Shown here: positions 36,389 to 45,669 of the stretch, piece by piece
Layout: the number at the start of each line of letters is the position of its first letter
Numbering within the stretch: the first letter of the stretch is position 1
Virus record (IMG/VR): IMGVR_UViG_3300031885_000018
Span: 1 to 53,338 of that record
DNA length: 53,338 bases
DNA from: a virus
Lineage: Duplodnaviria > Caudoviricetes
Direction: 5' to 3' (one strand)
Notes under the pieces: generated by a model
The model's input: only the letters and a program-made list of their open reading frames with translations
What the model was told of the DNA's origin: nothing
The model's database searches: none
Position numbers and translations under genes: made by a program

Positions 36389-37176
36389 AATTCAATGTAC
36401 CTTTGTCCTAATGGAATATCGTTCTTTGAAATTTTCTCAAGCGTCTCTACTAATTTAGCTACAGTGTCTCTTTTAAACTTGTCCGATAAGTACCCATCTT
36501 GTTTAATCCTGATAACATACATACCCCTGGAGAGCAATAAGCTGTTCTTGTCGTTGTCAGACTTCTTGTTTCTTTGTAGGGTCTTATTACCCCAAATCGG
36601 CAAAAAGTGCGACGGCCCATCGACCTCTATAGCTACACCCATTTTAGGAAGGAAAAGGTCGAGTTGCAAGCGTTCGTTTAGCAATAGATGTTCTTTATGG
36701 AAATCTACCCTATACCCAGCATCAATCAAAGCCTTGAGTATGTGCTTTTCTAGCTTAGAGCCTTCTTTGGCGGCGCGTCTTACTGCTTCACTGGCCTTTT
36801 TATGTAGAAGCTGTCTCTTGTCGTTGTCCATGTCGTCGTATTGCTTTTTGGACTGAGCTGAGATTCTAGCTCTTTCTTCTGGGGATATATTCTCCCAGGC
36901 TTCGCTTCTACCATCGCTTATCTTAACCTTTGTCTCAGCAGACCTTTCTTTTCCTTCTGTCGGGTGGCTTGCCTTACCAAGTTCAAGTGCCTTTTTCTGT
37001 GCCTCGCTCTTATTGCGTATTTCAACGCCAAGTGATTTAGCATCTCTTCTGAGCTTATTAGGATACGTACCATAAGCATTAGCAAGCTCTAGTATGCTTT
37101 TCCCCTCTTTGTGATGTTCAACCTTAAACATCGTGAGCCTCTGCTCTCTGCTCATATCATCATAGTTGACTGTCAT
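36385..37176 (-). CDS. NUMOD3 plus DUF559/Vsr-like endonuclease (possibly homing)
   Basis: N-terminal HTH, GKERSAETKVKIS, GSKLE, LDLFLP...IEVDGPSH, D..KN..L...G..VIRI. Confidence 0.75.
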   Translation of the reverse strand: MTVNYDDMSREQRLTMFKVEHHKEGKSILELANAYGTYPNKLRRDAKSLGVEIRNKSEAQKKALELGKASHPTEGKERSAETKVKISDGRSEAWENISPEERARISAQSKKQYDDMDNDKRQLLHKKASEAVRRAAKEGSKLEKHILKALIDAGYRVDFHKEHLLLNERLQLDLFLPKMGVAIEVDGPSHFLPIWGNKTLQRNKKSDNDKNSLLLSRGMYVIRIKQDGYLSDKFKRDTVAKLVETLEKISKNDIPLGQRYIEL

Positions 37177-37636
37177 ATAAAATCTTCTTTAGAACTTCTG
37201 GGTCGAAATCATTCATAATGTAGGCTGGTTTCTTCCATACTTTCTCTATAATTTCAGCATGGTATTCTGACCTAGCTACTAACTCTATTTCTGGATTCTG
37301 GTATATGTTGTTTATGGTTGTATAGTCGCCCCCGTACTGAAGCCACTCTAGGTTCCATACGTAGAAAAACTTCTTAAGGTCACCAGGACACCTTCCTAGT
37401 TTTTCGGCTGTCTTAAGGTCAGTAGCAATACAGGCACCGCTAGAGCCCCATACTTCGCGCTCCATAAGCATTCCAAAGCGAGGAGGTATTGGAAGTCTAC
37501 CCCAATGCTGGTAGTATACTATAGTGTCCATATACGGATTCTCGGCCAACAGTCTATTTACAGACTTGATGAGAGAAACAGATAGCTGTGCTATGTCTAG
37601 ATTTCTAACTAGAATGCTTGATTTTATCATTGACAT
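37160..37636 (-). CDS. GT-B N-terminal-domain-like protein
   Basis: CIATD..TA...KKFFYVWNLEW...LVARSEY resembles WsaF-type N-domains. Confidence 0.45.
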   Translation of the reverse strand: MSMIKSSILVRNLDIAQLSVSLIKSVNRLLAENPYMDTIVYYQHWGRLPIPPRFGMLMEREVWGSSGACIATDLKTAEKLGRCPGDLKKFFYVWNLEWLQYGGDYTTINNIYQNPEIELVARSEYHAEIIEKVWKKPAYIMNDFDPEVLKKILYDSQL

Positions 37637-38468
37637 CGAGTATGTATTCCATTTTGGCTATGGCCTTAGCTGCGGCCTCTTTGTTACCTAGTTTAATAAA
37701 CAACTCTTCAGCCCTATGAAAGTATGTGGCTGATGTATCTAAAACCTTCTTATAGGCTTTCTTAACTTCTTTGCTTCTAAGCTTTTCAACATCCAGATAC
37801 TTAAAGACCTGAGACTCATAATCTTCAAGCCCAAACGACGTAACTACATCATTCTCTTCTGAGCTTAGACAGAACACCTTATTTATGGCATAGTCTAGAT
37901 GGTGCTTTCCTGTAAAGTCAATAGCAATTTTTGTAGATGCAATAAGATTGTTTATTGTTGCTAGATTGTCTCTTCCAACATATTGAGGAATTGGAATAGG
38001 GAAATCACCCACCACTCTAATTCTATGCTTGTCGAGTGTAGTTAGAATGTTTGGAATTATACTTCCAGACGTATCGAAATCAGAAAGAAAGAATAGGTCT
38101 GACGCATGTTCTTCAAGTTTTTTACCAGAGCAATACTTAGCTAGATTAGCGGCGGGGCGACATACCATTGTTGGGTTTGCATTCTCAGTCTCTTTATCTA
38201 CGCAAACCAAAGCAGGTTTGAAGTCATCCCTAAAGTTATGACCAACTACGACGAACTTTGTTTGGCTATAGTCCTGCGCACCAATAACCGCCGTTTCATC
38301 TACTTCATAATCATGTAGAATAACAATGTCTGGCTGTATTTCTTCTAACATATCAAGCGTAGGTTTGCTTCCCTTTTCCCAGAACGTAGTCTGTTCGCCC
38401 ATAGCAAAGAAAGTAGCGCCAAAGCCCTGAAACAAATCATTTTGTGAGTGTGAAAGTATTATCTTCAT
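37605..38468 (-). CDS. CgeB-like GT-B glycosyltransferase-like protein
   Basis: QPDIVI, PAAN...Y, IASTKIAID, TYFHRAEEL. Confidence 0.55.
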   Translation of the reverse strand: MKIILSHSQNDLFQGFGATFFAMGEQTTFWEKGSKPTLDMLEEIQPDIVILHDYEVDETAVIGAQDYSQTKFVVVGHNFRDDFKPALVCVDKETENANPTMVCRPAANLAKYCSGKKLEEHASDLFFLSDFDTSGSIIPNILTTLDKHRIRVVGDFPIPIPQYVGRDNLATINNLIASTKIAIDFTGKHHLDYAINKVFCLSSEENDVVTSFGLEDYESQVFKYLDVEKLRSKEVKKAYKKVLDTSATYFHRAEELFIKLGNKEAAAKAIAKMEYILDVNDKIKHSS

Positions 38469-39187
38469 AGTATCTTCTTAATGTTGAGTAAGTCCTTAGT
38501 ACAGTCTATATCCGCTACCTTCATGTTCTTGGGAGACTGGGCCTTTAACGTGCCTCGCCTATCAATAAGCTCGTTGAGTACCTCAAACCCAAATAGCTTC
38601 TCTTTCTCTCTGTTCCAGACTATGTTCTTAAAGATAGAGAGTTCTCTTCCAGTTAAGAATACCATCTGAGCCCATAGATTAGGAAGTCCATAAAGCATGT
38701 GTTCTACATTGTTTTTCTCATTAATCGTACATCCGACTCCACTCTTATCAAAGAAGTCTTCCTTATCTATAAAGACAGATGACTCTTCAAACTTAGCATT
38801 TTTAAGAGTGTCGTGATTGAAAATGAGGTCGCCATACATAAATAGAATCTTGTCAGATGTAGCGGCCCTAAGACCAATTGCCATGCTTCTTACAATATTC
38901 GTTGAGTCGAACCTTTCGTTCTCTACGCATATGATACTGGCTGGCGCATGATTCATAACGCGGTCTGCTTCACAACCACATACTAAAATAATCTCATTGT
39001 TTGGTATTGCTGAGACTATAGTATCTGATTGATACTTAATTAGATTAGTATCGTCTGCCACTTTTATTAGTGACCTTGGGCCGTGAGACTTCATCCTACT
39101 CGCCTCACCGGCTGATAGCAGTATTACGCTAATCTTGGATTTTCTTCCAGGTTTAACTGGATTTACGTTTCTAACAGCTCTATTCAT
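38465..39187 (-). CDS. Sugar/choline-phosphate nucleotidyltransferase-like protein (LicC/MobA superfamily)
   Basis: VILLSAGEASRMKSHGPRSL, EN..F..TN...S, YGDLIF, DID...DL. Confidence 0.75.
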   Translation of the reverse strand: MNRAVRNVNPVKPGRKSKISVILLSAGEASRMKSHGPRSLIKVADDTNLIKYQSDTIVSAIPNNEIILVCGCEADRVMNHAPASIICVENERFDSTNIVRSMAIGLRAATSDKILFMYGDLIFNHDTLKNAKFEESSVFIDKEDFFDKSGVGCTINEKNNVEHMLYGLPNLWAQMVFLTGRELSIFKNIVWNREKEKLFGFEVLNELIDRRGTLKAQSPKNMKVADIDCTKDLLNIKKIL

Positions 39188-39797
39188 TATTAAGGATTGT
39201 CATCTCTTTGTTTATGTCAAATGCCTCTCTTTTAATCGTGAAGATAGGTTCTGGTAGATGGCAAAGCATAGTTACTCTAGCTGTCTTTCTCATTATGTCA
39301 AAGAAGCACAGCGTATCTATTCCTTCGTTAAATGGGCTCTCATTTAAAGCCGCCGCCTGCACAGCAATAGGATTGTTGACTAGCTGATTACCTGCAAAAA
39401 GATTCGGGGTAAACGAGGGTAGGTACTCATTAGACAAATATCCTTGTTCTACTCTAAAAGAGTCTGTGTAGATAACAGCATAGTTCATATCTTCTAATAG
39501 GAACTTCTCTACAACGCGCGATACCCCTTCATTGTCTGAAAACCAAGCACTATCATTAAGAAAGAAGTATATATCAGTAAGATGCTTACTTAGAGCAATA
39601 GATTCATTATAGAACCTACTTACTGTTTTTGGTACAATCAAATCATCTAATGAGCTAGGTAAAGAAATTACTTGCTTCTTTGCATAGTCTTGGTCAAACG
39701 CCGTTTTTACTATCGCTTCGTTTGCACTTGCTACCAGAATAGTTACTCTTGGCAAGAATGCAACAGCTTCTCTATCGGATATATCATTTGGTAACAT
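39180..39797 (-). CDS. Degenerate GT2-like protein
   Basis: PRVTILV...QDY, YFFLNDS, VIYTD, HLPEP. Confidence 0.5.
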   Translation of the reverse strand: MLPNDISDREAVAFLPRVTILVASANEAIVKTAFDQDYAKKQVISLPSSLDDLIVPKTVSRFYNESIALSKHLTDIYFFLNDSAWFSDNEGVSRVVEKFLLEDMNYAVIYTDSFRVEQGYLSNEYLPSFTPNLFAGNQLVNNPIAVQAAALNESPFNEGIDTLCFFDIMRKTARVTMLCHLPEPIFTIKREAFDINKEMTILNNE

Positions 39798-40528
39798 TCG
39801 TCGTCTCTTATTTTCTCTAGTAGTGGTTTCTCTACATTTCCAACATAGAACTTGTGTATTGATGTTGAGGCTATGTATCCATTCCCATCCTTATCAGGTT
39901 CTATAACGGCAAACTTGAACATTTCGTTGTTTATCTTGTTTCCTAGAACCTCAAATAGCCTAGGGTGTATTTCGTAGCCGGCATTGAATATACCATAATA
40001 TGGAAGCCCAACAAACTCAAGCAGGTCATCAACTGTCAAGCTTGTATCTTCTATATTATCAATACAGTTTTGGTTTCTCCATTGTATCGGAGTACCGTCT
40101 TCAAGAACACAGACTTCGTTTAATACGGATATTATATTAGGCGGCTGTAACTTGCAACGCGGAGGACGAATTACTGTTATGTGCTTTGGCGGAACCGTTT
40201 GATTAACGGCACTCTCAACAGTCTTTCTAAGGTCATCTATATTGTCGTTCGCCCATATAATAACTTGATAAAGAATCCTCATTTCCTTCTCTATGTCGCT
40301 TAGCCATTCAGAAGTCTTATGGGATTTAGCCCATTCTGGATTTCTACACCACATACAGAATATACCATCTATAACATAGAACTCTTTTTCAGTCTCATCT
40401 ATTACCTCAAGGATATTAGCGCCGACAGATGCAAGTTGCTCTAGTTTGTTTAGGGAGCAGTCTATTTGAGTATTGCCTTCGTATTTAGCGAAGATACAGT
40501 CTCTACATATTGTTCTTGGGTTTAACAT
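39743..40528 (-). CDS. Cys-cluster N-terminus plus GT2-like domain
   Basis: CRDC..C..CMWC, then DLRKTVESAVNQTVPPKHITVI. Confidence 0.45.
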   Translation of the reverse strand: MLNPRTICRDCIFAKYEGNTQIDCSLNKLEQLASVGANILEVIDETEKEFYVIDGIFCMWCRNPEWAKSHKTSEWLSDIEKEMRILYQVIIWANDNIDDLRKTVESAVNQTVPPKHITVIRPPRCKLQPPNIISVLNEVCVLEDGTPIQWRNQNCIDNIEDTSLTVDDLLEFVGLPYYGIFNAGYEIHPRLFEVLGNKINNEMFKFAVIEPDKDGNGYIASTSIHKFYVGNVEKPLLEKIRDDECYQMIYPIEKLLHSCQE

Positions 40529-40931
40529 TTCTCTCCGCTAGAACGTAGTAATGAAAATCTTTTAGTCTAGAGTTTACTATTGTTAGACCATTGTTTATAA
40601 GCTCTTGAACCACAAGGCCAATAGTTGAAGCTGAACGTCTACCTCCATATAATAGAGATTGAGCCTGTTGTTCGTTAATGGTTCTTACTGTAAACTCTCT
40701 AGATATTTCTTCAATGTCTATACCAGTAATAACAAGTTTACCACCATAACGAAGTCTACTTAGAATTTTTTGTAGACCGGCAGTTCTATCTACCTCATTA
40801 TCTAGGGCACTTTCACACACTATGTGTGTAGCTGTTGCAGGACCAACCTTATCTTCTAGCTCAGCCAACATGCAACAAACATCAGATACGTCACTATCAT
40901 GTTGTTCTGTAGCTTTAATAAAAACTCTCAT
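40503..40931 (-). CDS. Truncated class I methyltransferase-like protein
   Basis: L..ILSRLRYGGKLVITG.D; no glycine-rich motif I. Confidence 0.45.
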   Translation of the reverse strand: MRVFIKATEQHDSDVSDVCCMLAELEDKVGPATATHIVCESALDNEVDRTAGLQKILSRLRYGGKLVITGIDIEEISREFTVRTINEQQAQSLLYGGRRSASTIGLVVQELINNGLTIVNSRLKDFHYYVLAERNVKPKNNM

Positions 40932-40933
40932 TA

Positions 40934-41905
40934 TTACCTCGTATATACCTTTGTTGATAGTTTATCTAATGCTTCGTTAAGCTTGGATGAAAATGTTTCT
41001 ATATTAAGATACTCTGAAGCAAGCCTTCCTTTTTCGGCTAACTTAGTTCTAAACGCACTATCGGCATTAAGTTTTGCAACCCCTCTTGTGAACTGGTCAA
41101 CAGACGTACATAGTATCGAGTTGTCTTTGTTTAAGATTTCGCCGAGAATAGGAAGGTTGTTACTTACAATTGCGCACCTGTTTGCCATAGCCTGTAGTAG
41201 CTGTGGTTTTATTCTTCCTTCTGTTGAGAAGTTGATGAATATACTAGCCTTCTTGATTAGGTCATCTATTTCATATTGATTCCTAATGTTCTCTGTCATA
41301 CCCTTGTTGTTTCCGATGATTCTAAGATTAGGAATAGCATTAACTAGGGCACCAACTATTTGTAGGTCAGTATCACCGTACTCACCAACCATTAGAACCA
41401 AATCCTCATCCTTCTCTGTTATTGTTGGATATTCGTGTATACCATATCCAATAACGGTAGAGTCTTCAATGTTCCAGCTTTTAGCTATAAGTTTTGAAGC
41501 AGATAGATGTAGGTCGTATGGTTGGGCTCTAGCTATTAAACCAAGCTGGTCCGGCTTAATCCTAGTTATCGAGTCAAAGTGTTCAAACATAATAAGCGGG
41601 ATGTGCATTGCGTGCGCCATCTTAATACACATATCATACTGAATAGTCCTATCATTACATAGAACAAAATCTATAGCAAGGTCGATTGGAACATTCTCCA
41701 TATCTCTTAAAACGATACATTCTCTGTTTTTAGGTGGAAGACCAATCTGCCATTCGTACCTACTATTTGCAGGAAGCACATATACATTGTTACCAGTCCT
41801 ACTAACCATATTCTCAAAGAACCCGTCAAATCCAGGCATTAGGATGTTGTATGGCTCTCCACTTTTACGGATAGCTTTTTGGATTATGTTTCTAACAGGA
41901 TTCAT
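40934..41905 (-). CDS. GT4-like glycosyltransferase
   Basis: KASIFINFS....PQLLQAMANRCAIVS. Confidence 0.7.
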   Translation of the reverse strand: MNPVRNIIQKAIRKSGEPYNILMPGFDGFFENMVSRTGNNVYVLPANSRYEWQIGLPPKNRECIVLRDMENVPIDLAIDFVLCNDRTIQYDMCIKMAHAMHIPLIMFEHFDSITRIKPDQLGLIARAQPYDLHLSASKLIAKSWNIEDSTVIGYGIHEYPTITEKDEDLVLMVGEYGDTDLQIVGALVNAIPNLRIIGNNKGMTENIRNQYEIDDLIKKASIFINFSTEGRIKPQLLQAMANRCAIVSNNLPILGEILNKDNSILCTSVDQFTRGVAKLNADSAFRTKLAEKGRLASEYLNIETFSSKLNEALDKLSTKVYTR

Positions 41906-43007
41906 TGATTTGTTCCGCTATCTTGTCGTAGGAATAGTTGTAAGCATCTTGCACGCCCTGGGCCGCTTTTACTTTACGCTCGTTCTTATTCTCATAGGCT
42001 TCCCTCATAGCTTTACGTAGGGCGATAATTTCTATGTTGTTCCAAGTCTCACGGGCTTTGTTTAGGTATTCCACACGCCTCTCTAGACACAACACAGGAG
42101 ACTCTGTAGAGCTAACTAACCATCCGTTGTCGTTGTTGACAAACTCATTCATACCCGTACCATCTGTTACTATCGGTGTTTTTCCAAATCCAAGAGCATC
42201 AATAGCTGGGCGGCACCAAGCTTCTCCGCGAGACGGCATAACAAGACAGTCACATGCGGCGTGTAGACCATATAGCATATCGTCTGGCAAATAGTCTGTA
42301 ATAAGCATTTCTGGCTTATACGCTTCTATTTGATTATAGATACCAAACGACTGCTTAAGAGACATAATATCTTGCTCTATACGCTGTCTAGAGTTATTAG
42401 CATCAAGACCTTGAATACCAGTTTTCAACACTAGGTTTACTGGTTCTTGTCTACCAAACTCAAGATGGAACGCTAGCAATAGCGCCGGTATATTCTTTCT
42501 CTCTATCCACTCTCCAATAAAGTAGAAGTTAAACGTCTTACCTTCGGTTGGAAGTTTAAACTTCGGATAGGTTTTTTCAAACTTACTAACATCAATAGGC
42601 ATATTAACCTTTTTGATTGGCTTAGTAACTAAGCTAGTTTTAAGGTGTTGTCTTTCTGCTTCTGATGTTACCCAAATCTCATCCATAAGATTACAGTGTC
42701 TAGGCCACGGAGTGTACTCTAGATGGTTTGTCTCAGAGAAGAAGGAGCCTACGTTTTTATTGAACTTACCATTGTAGTCAAACAGTACCGGAAATGTATG
42801 CTGAATAACAACGTCATAGTCTGGAAACGAATTTTCTTCCAGCTTCTTTACTTCTTCTGGTATAGTTCTAGTTATGTTGCTGCTTGTCATATATAGTGGA
42901 CGCGCGGCTACTTCGTGAACACTCTTAGATAGAGCCATAGCTAAATCTCTAGAGGCCAGACCCCAACCGTCATTTTGTCTATATGGTCCTACGTAGAGTA
43001 TTTTCAT
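41892..43007 (-). CDS. GT4 glycosyltransferase
   Basis: IGEWIERKN..LL.AF, DCLVMPSRGEAWCRPAIDALGFGKTPIVT. Confidence 0.85.
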   Translation of the reverse strand: MKILYVGPYRQNDGWGLASRDLAMALSKSVHEVAARPLYMTSSNITRTIPEEVKKLEENSFPDYDVVIQHTFPVLFDYNGKFNKNVGSFFSETNHLEYTPWPRHCNLMDEIWVTSEAERQHLKTSLVTKPIKKVNMPIDVSKFEKTYPKFKLPTEGKTFNFYFIGEWIERKNIPALLLAFHLEFGRQEPVNLVLKTGIQGLDANNSRQRIEQDIMSLKQSFGIYNQIEAYKPEMLITDYLPDDMLYGLHAACDCLVMPSRGEAWCRPAIDALGFGKTPIVTDGTGMNEFVNNDNGWLVSSTESPVLCLERRVEYLNKARETWNNIEIIALRKAMREAYENKNERKVKAAQGVQDAYNYSYDKIAEQINESC

Positions 43008-44689
43008 ACTGGCCTCCTATTAGCATATTCAATCCAATCTTGCGGCGGAACCTGGGCAAACCCACATCTGACTTCTTCACACTGATTATGGTTTACTACC
43101 ATACTTTGAATTTTGTCTACTACGTGCTGTCTACTATAAGCTACAGGAGCAGCGCCGGTCTGTACAGCTAGTTCATAGTTTAGAGCCCTAACCATATCCA
43201 TAGACATCAACGTATTAACATGCTCGCTACTACCATATAGATTAGCTAGACACCAATCAACATAGTCTTCGTTTGGAACATCTGTTGGCGCATCTTGTGG
43301 ATTAGCATTAGGACGTAAGAATTGTGGAGGAGCATCCCATTTACCTTGAAGACCAGTAAGCTCTACTGTATCAAAGTAGCTTTCCCATAATTTATATGTC
43401 TTATCCCATGTATAATGTTGTTCGACAGCCTTCCTGGCCTCCATACCCTTTCTCTTTCTGGCCGATACAGACTGAGAGAAGAACTTAAATAGCTTATCTG
43501 CACAATCGTCATTATCAGGTAGGGCCTTCCAAGCATCTTCTTCTGGTGACCTAAACATCCTGGCTACCTTAATTGGCGTTCCGTTTAGCTTACGAACTAC
43601 GTCTGTCATAGCGCTATAGTCTGTTGAGAATACAGGAACACCCGCACCGGCAGCTTCAACCTGTGGCATACCAAATCCTTCACATACCGCATATTGCACA
43701 TAAGCATCGAATAGGTTATACACATCGTTTAGCTGAGGGGTTGATAGACCATAGCTAACACTAGGAAGAACAGCGGCGGCGTGTTGACACCTTGTACATA
43801 CTGTTCTGGCATCTTGGAAGTTTGAAGCGAATACATGACCGCAGTTCTTACAGATGTAGGTGAAGAACACCTTACTGGCAAGTCCTGTTTCTTTCAATAG
43901 TCTTGGAATGTTCCAACAACCAGCAACTTCTGGATATGATGTATGGAAGTATAGATATGTTTTAGCTGCTAGGTCGTCCCTACCATTTTCCTTACATAGT
44001 TCTAGAAACTTAGAGAAGGCAACTAATAGGTCTGGATACAGCTTTCTGCGCTGATTACGCATAACTGTGCCAATGACATTAATGTCGTCCCTACCAAAGA
44101 ACTTCCTTTTATGCTCTGCGGTATTAAGGATTGGCTTGAACTCATTTAGGTTGATAGCTGGCGGGGCTGAACTAATAAGCTTTATCTTGCCACCACCCTG
44201 ATTCTTAAGAATATCTAGGCCCCAGTCGCTATACGTGAAAACACCATCTGCATCAGCAAAGTGTTGCATCCACTCGTCTTGTTGTGGCATAGAGTCAACT
44301 GTTGGCATTACAGCCCAGTTAAAGAACCTTCTAAGAGGAGATAGGTTCTGATATGTGAACATCCAAGGGTCACGAATATCGAACACAATATCAGGTTTGA
44401 AATCTAATAGAACCTGCTCAAATCTCCAAGCACCAAACTGGTTTACCTGAGCAGAATTAAGCTGTTTGATGCGAGGGTCATTACCACCTTGCGCAGATAG
44501 GCCGTTAGGATAAACTCTCCAAGGTTGCTTATCCCTTGGGTCTTCTACGGCAGCATAACTAGCAAACTCAGCAACGTGATACTTGCCGCTCTTATGTAGT
44601 CTAGACAGTATTTGTTGTGAATAGATTCCATAGCCACTAAGGGTATAGCTAGCTTCGCTTACCATTAGTATTCTTCTTTTCTTAGTCAT
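43004..44689 (-). CDS. GT4 glycosyltransferase with a Zn-ribbon insertion
   Basis: RNQRRK, EGFGMPQVEAAGAGVP, CKNC...CTRC. Confidence 0.85.
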   Translation of the reverse strand: MTKKRRILMVSEASYTLSGYGIYSQQILSRLHKSGKYHVAEFASYAAVEDPRDKQPWRVYPNGLSAQGGNDPRIKQLNSAQVNQFGAWRFEQVLLDFKPDIVFDIRDPWMFTYQNLSPLRRFFNWAVMPTVDSMPQQDEWMQHFADADGVFTYSDWGLDILKNQGGGKIKLISSAPPAINLNEFKPILNTAEHKRKFFGRDDINVIGTVMRNQRRKLYPDLLVAFSKFLELCKENGRDDLAAKTYLYFHTSYPEVAGCWNIPRLLKETGLASKVFFTYICKNCGHVFASNFQDARTVCTRCQHAAAVLPSVSYGLSTPQLNDVYNLFDAYVQYAVCEGFGMPQVEAAGAGVPVFSTDYSAMTDVVRKLNGTPIKVARMFRSPEEDAWKALPDNDDCADKLFKFFSQSVSARKRKGMEARKAVEQHYTWDKTYKLWESYFDTVELTGLQGKWDAPPQFLRPNANPQDAPTDVPNEDYVDWCLANLYGSSEHVNTLMSMDMVRALNYELAVQTGAAPVAYSRQHVVDKIQSMVVNHNQCEEVRCGFAQVPPQDWIEYANRRPV

Positions 44690-45161
44690 CTTTGTTTGCT
44701 ATCCTGATTTTTTCTACTGCGGATTTTATCGTTTTGCCGATGGCATACGTATTGAGACTTAGCATTTCCCCTATTTGTTTTAGGGTGTAGCCAGCCCTTC
44801 TGAGCATTATTATCTCGACCTCCTCGCTAGATAGATAGTCTGGAAGGTATTCTGAGAAATCACTCTTTTCGGGAGCTACTATAGGTATTTTAATGTCAGA
44901 CAGACGAGAATCAAGGTTGCCCTTATTCTTATCTATGTATCTCATTATTTCCCATTTAACATGCTGATATGCCCATGTAGACAGTGCAGCTTTACTATTA
45001 TCATAACTACGAATAGCTTCTAATAACCCTATCCTACCAGCTTGAACATACTCTTCTAGTTCTTGCTTAGATGTAGGGCGAAAGTTGTTAGCTATAGAAA
45101 TAACCAGGCCCATATTTTGCAATATGAGCCTGGTTTCTATTTCGTTATTATTGACAGTCAT
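44682..45161 (-). CDS. Phage sigma70-family factor (regions 2 and 4)
   Basis: NMGLVISIA...EEYVQAGRIGLLEAIRSYD...STWAY; region 4 HTH GYTLKQIGEML. Confidence 0.85.
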   Translation of the reverse strand: MTVNNNEIETRLILQNMGLVISIANNFRPTSKQELEEYVQAGRIGLLEAIRSYDNSKAALSTWAYQHVKWEIMRYIDKNKGNLDSRLSDIKIPIVAPEKSDFSEYLPDYLSSEEVEIIMLRRAGYTLKQIGEMLSLNTYAIGKTIKSAVEKIRIANKDD

Positions 45162-45596
45162 TTAGAACGGAGTTGGTTCCTCGGCTCCAACATCAGCGGC
45201 AACTGAGTCTGGTTCGCCTTCACCCTCTGCTCCATTAACAGCAACCCTTGTGGAGTCACCCTTTGTGGAGAAGAACTCGAAATGGCTTACGCGAAGCTTA
45301 ATCTTGCTTCTCTTTCCACCATCCTTGTCAACCCAGTTCTCATTTCTGAGTGAACCTTCGGCAAGAATCTTTGAGCCCTTAGTGAAATACTTAGCGATAG
45401 TCTCAGCGCCAGTATCCCAGGCTTCCGCATCAATAAAGAGCGTTTCCTGGTCTGGTGTTCCATCCTTACGCTTGAAAGGACGGGAAGAGGCGATAGTAAA
45501 ATTGGTTACTGTTACCTTCTTACCGTTTGAGTCCAAAACCTTAGCTTCGGGGTCGCGTGTAAGATTACCTGTCACAATGTACTTGTTCATAATCAA
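45162..45596 (-). CDS. ssb: Single-stranded DNA-binding protein
   Basis: GNLTRDPE...KGS.I..EG.L....W; acidic tail ending in PF. Confidence 0.92.
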   Translation of the reverse strand: MIMNKYIVTGNLTRDPEAKVLDSNGKKVTVTNFTIASSRPFKRKDGTPDQETLFIDAEAWDTGAETIAKYFTKGSKILAEGSLRNENWVDKDGGKRSKIKLRVSHFEFFSTKGDSTRVAVNGAEGEGEPDSVAADVGAEEPTPF

Positions 45597-45635
45597 ATTT
45601 CTCCAAAAAACAAAAGTGTATCTTAAACCGTTTGT

Positions 45636-45663
45636 ATTATAGCGACGATTTTGCCAGCGGCAA
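45636..45663 (-). promoter_or_regulatory. Sigma70-type promoter for the ssb-sigma-GT operon
   Basis: Minus strand TTGCCG-16 nt-TATAAT, followed by a GGAG RBS. Confidence 0.6.
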
Positions 45664-45669
45664 GCCGCG

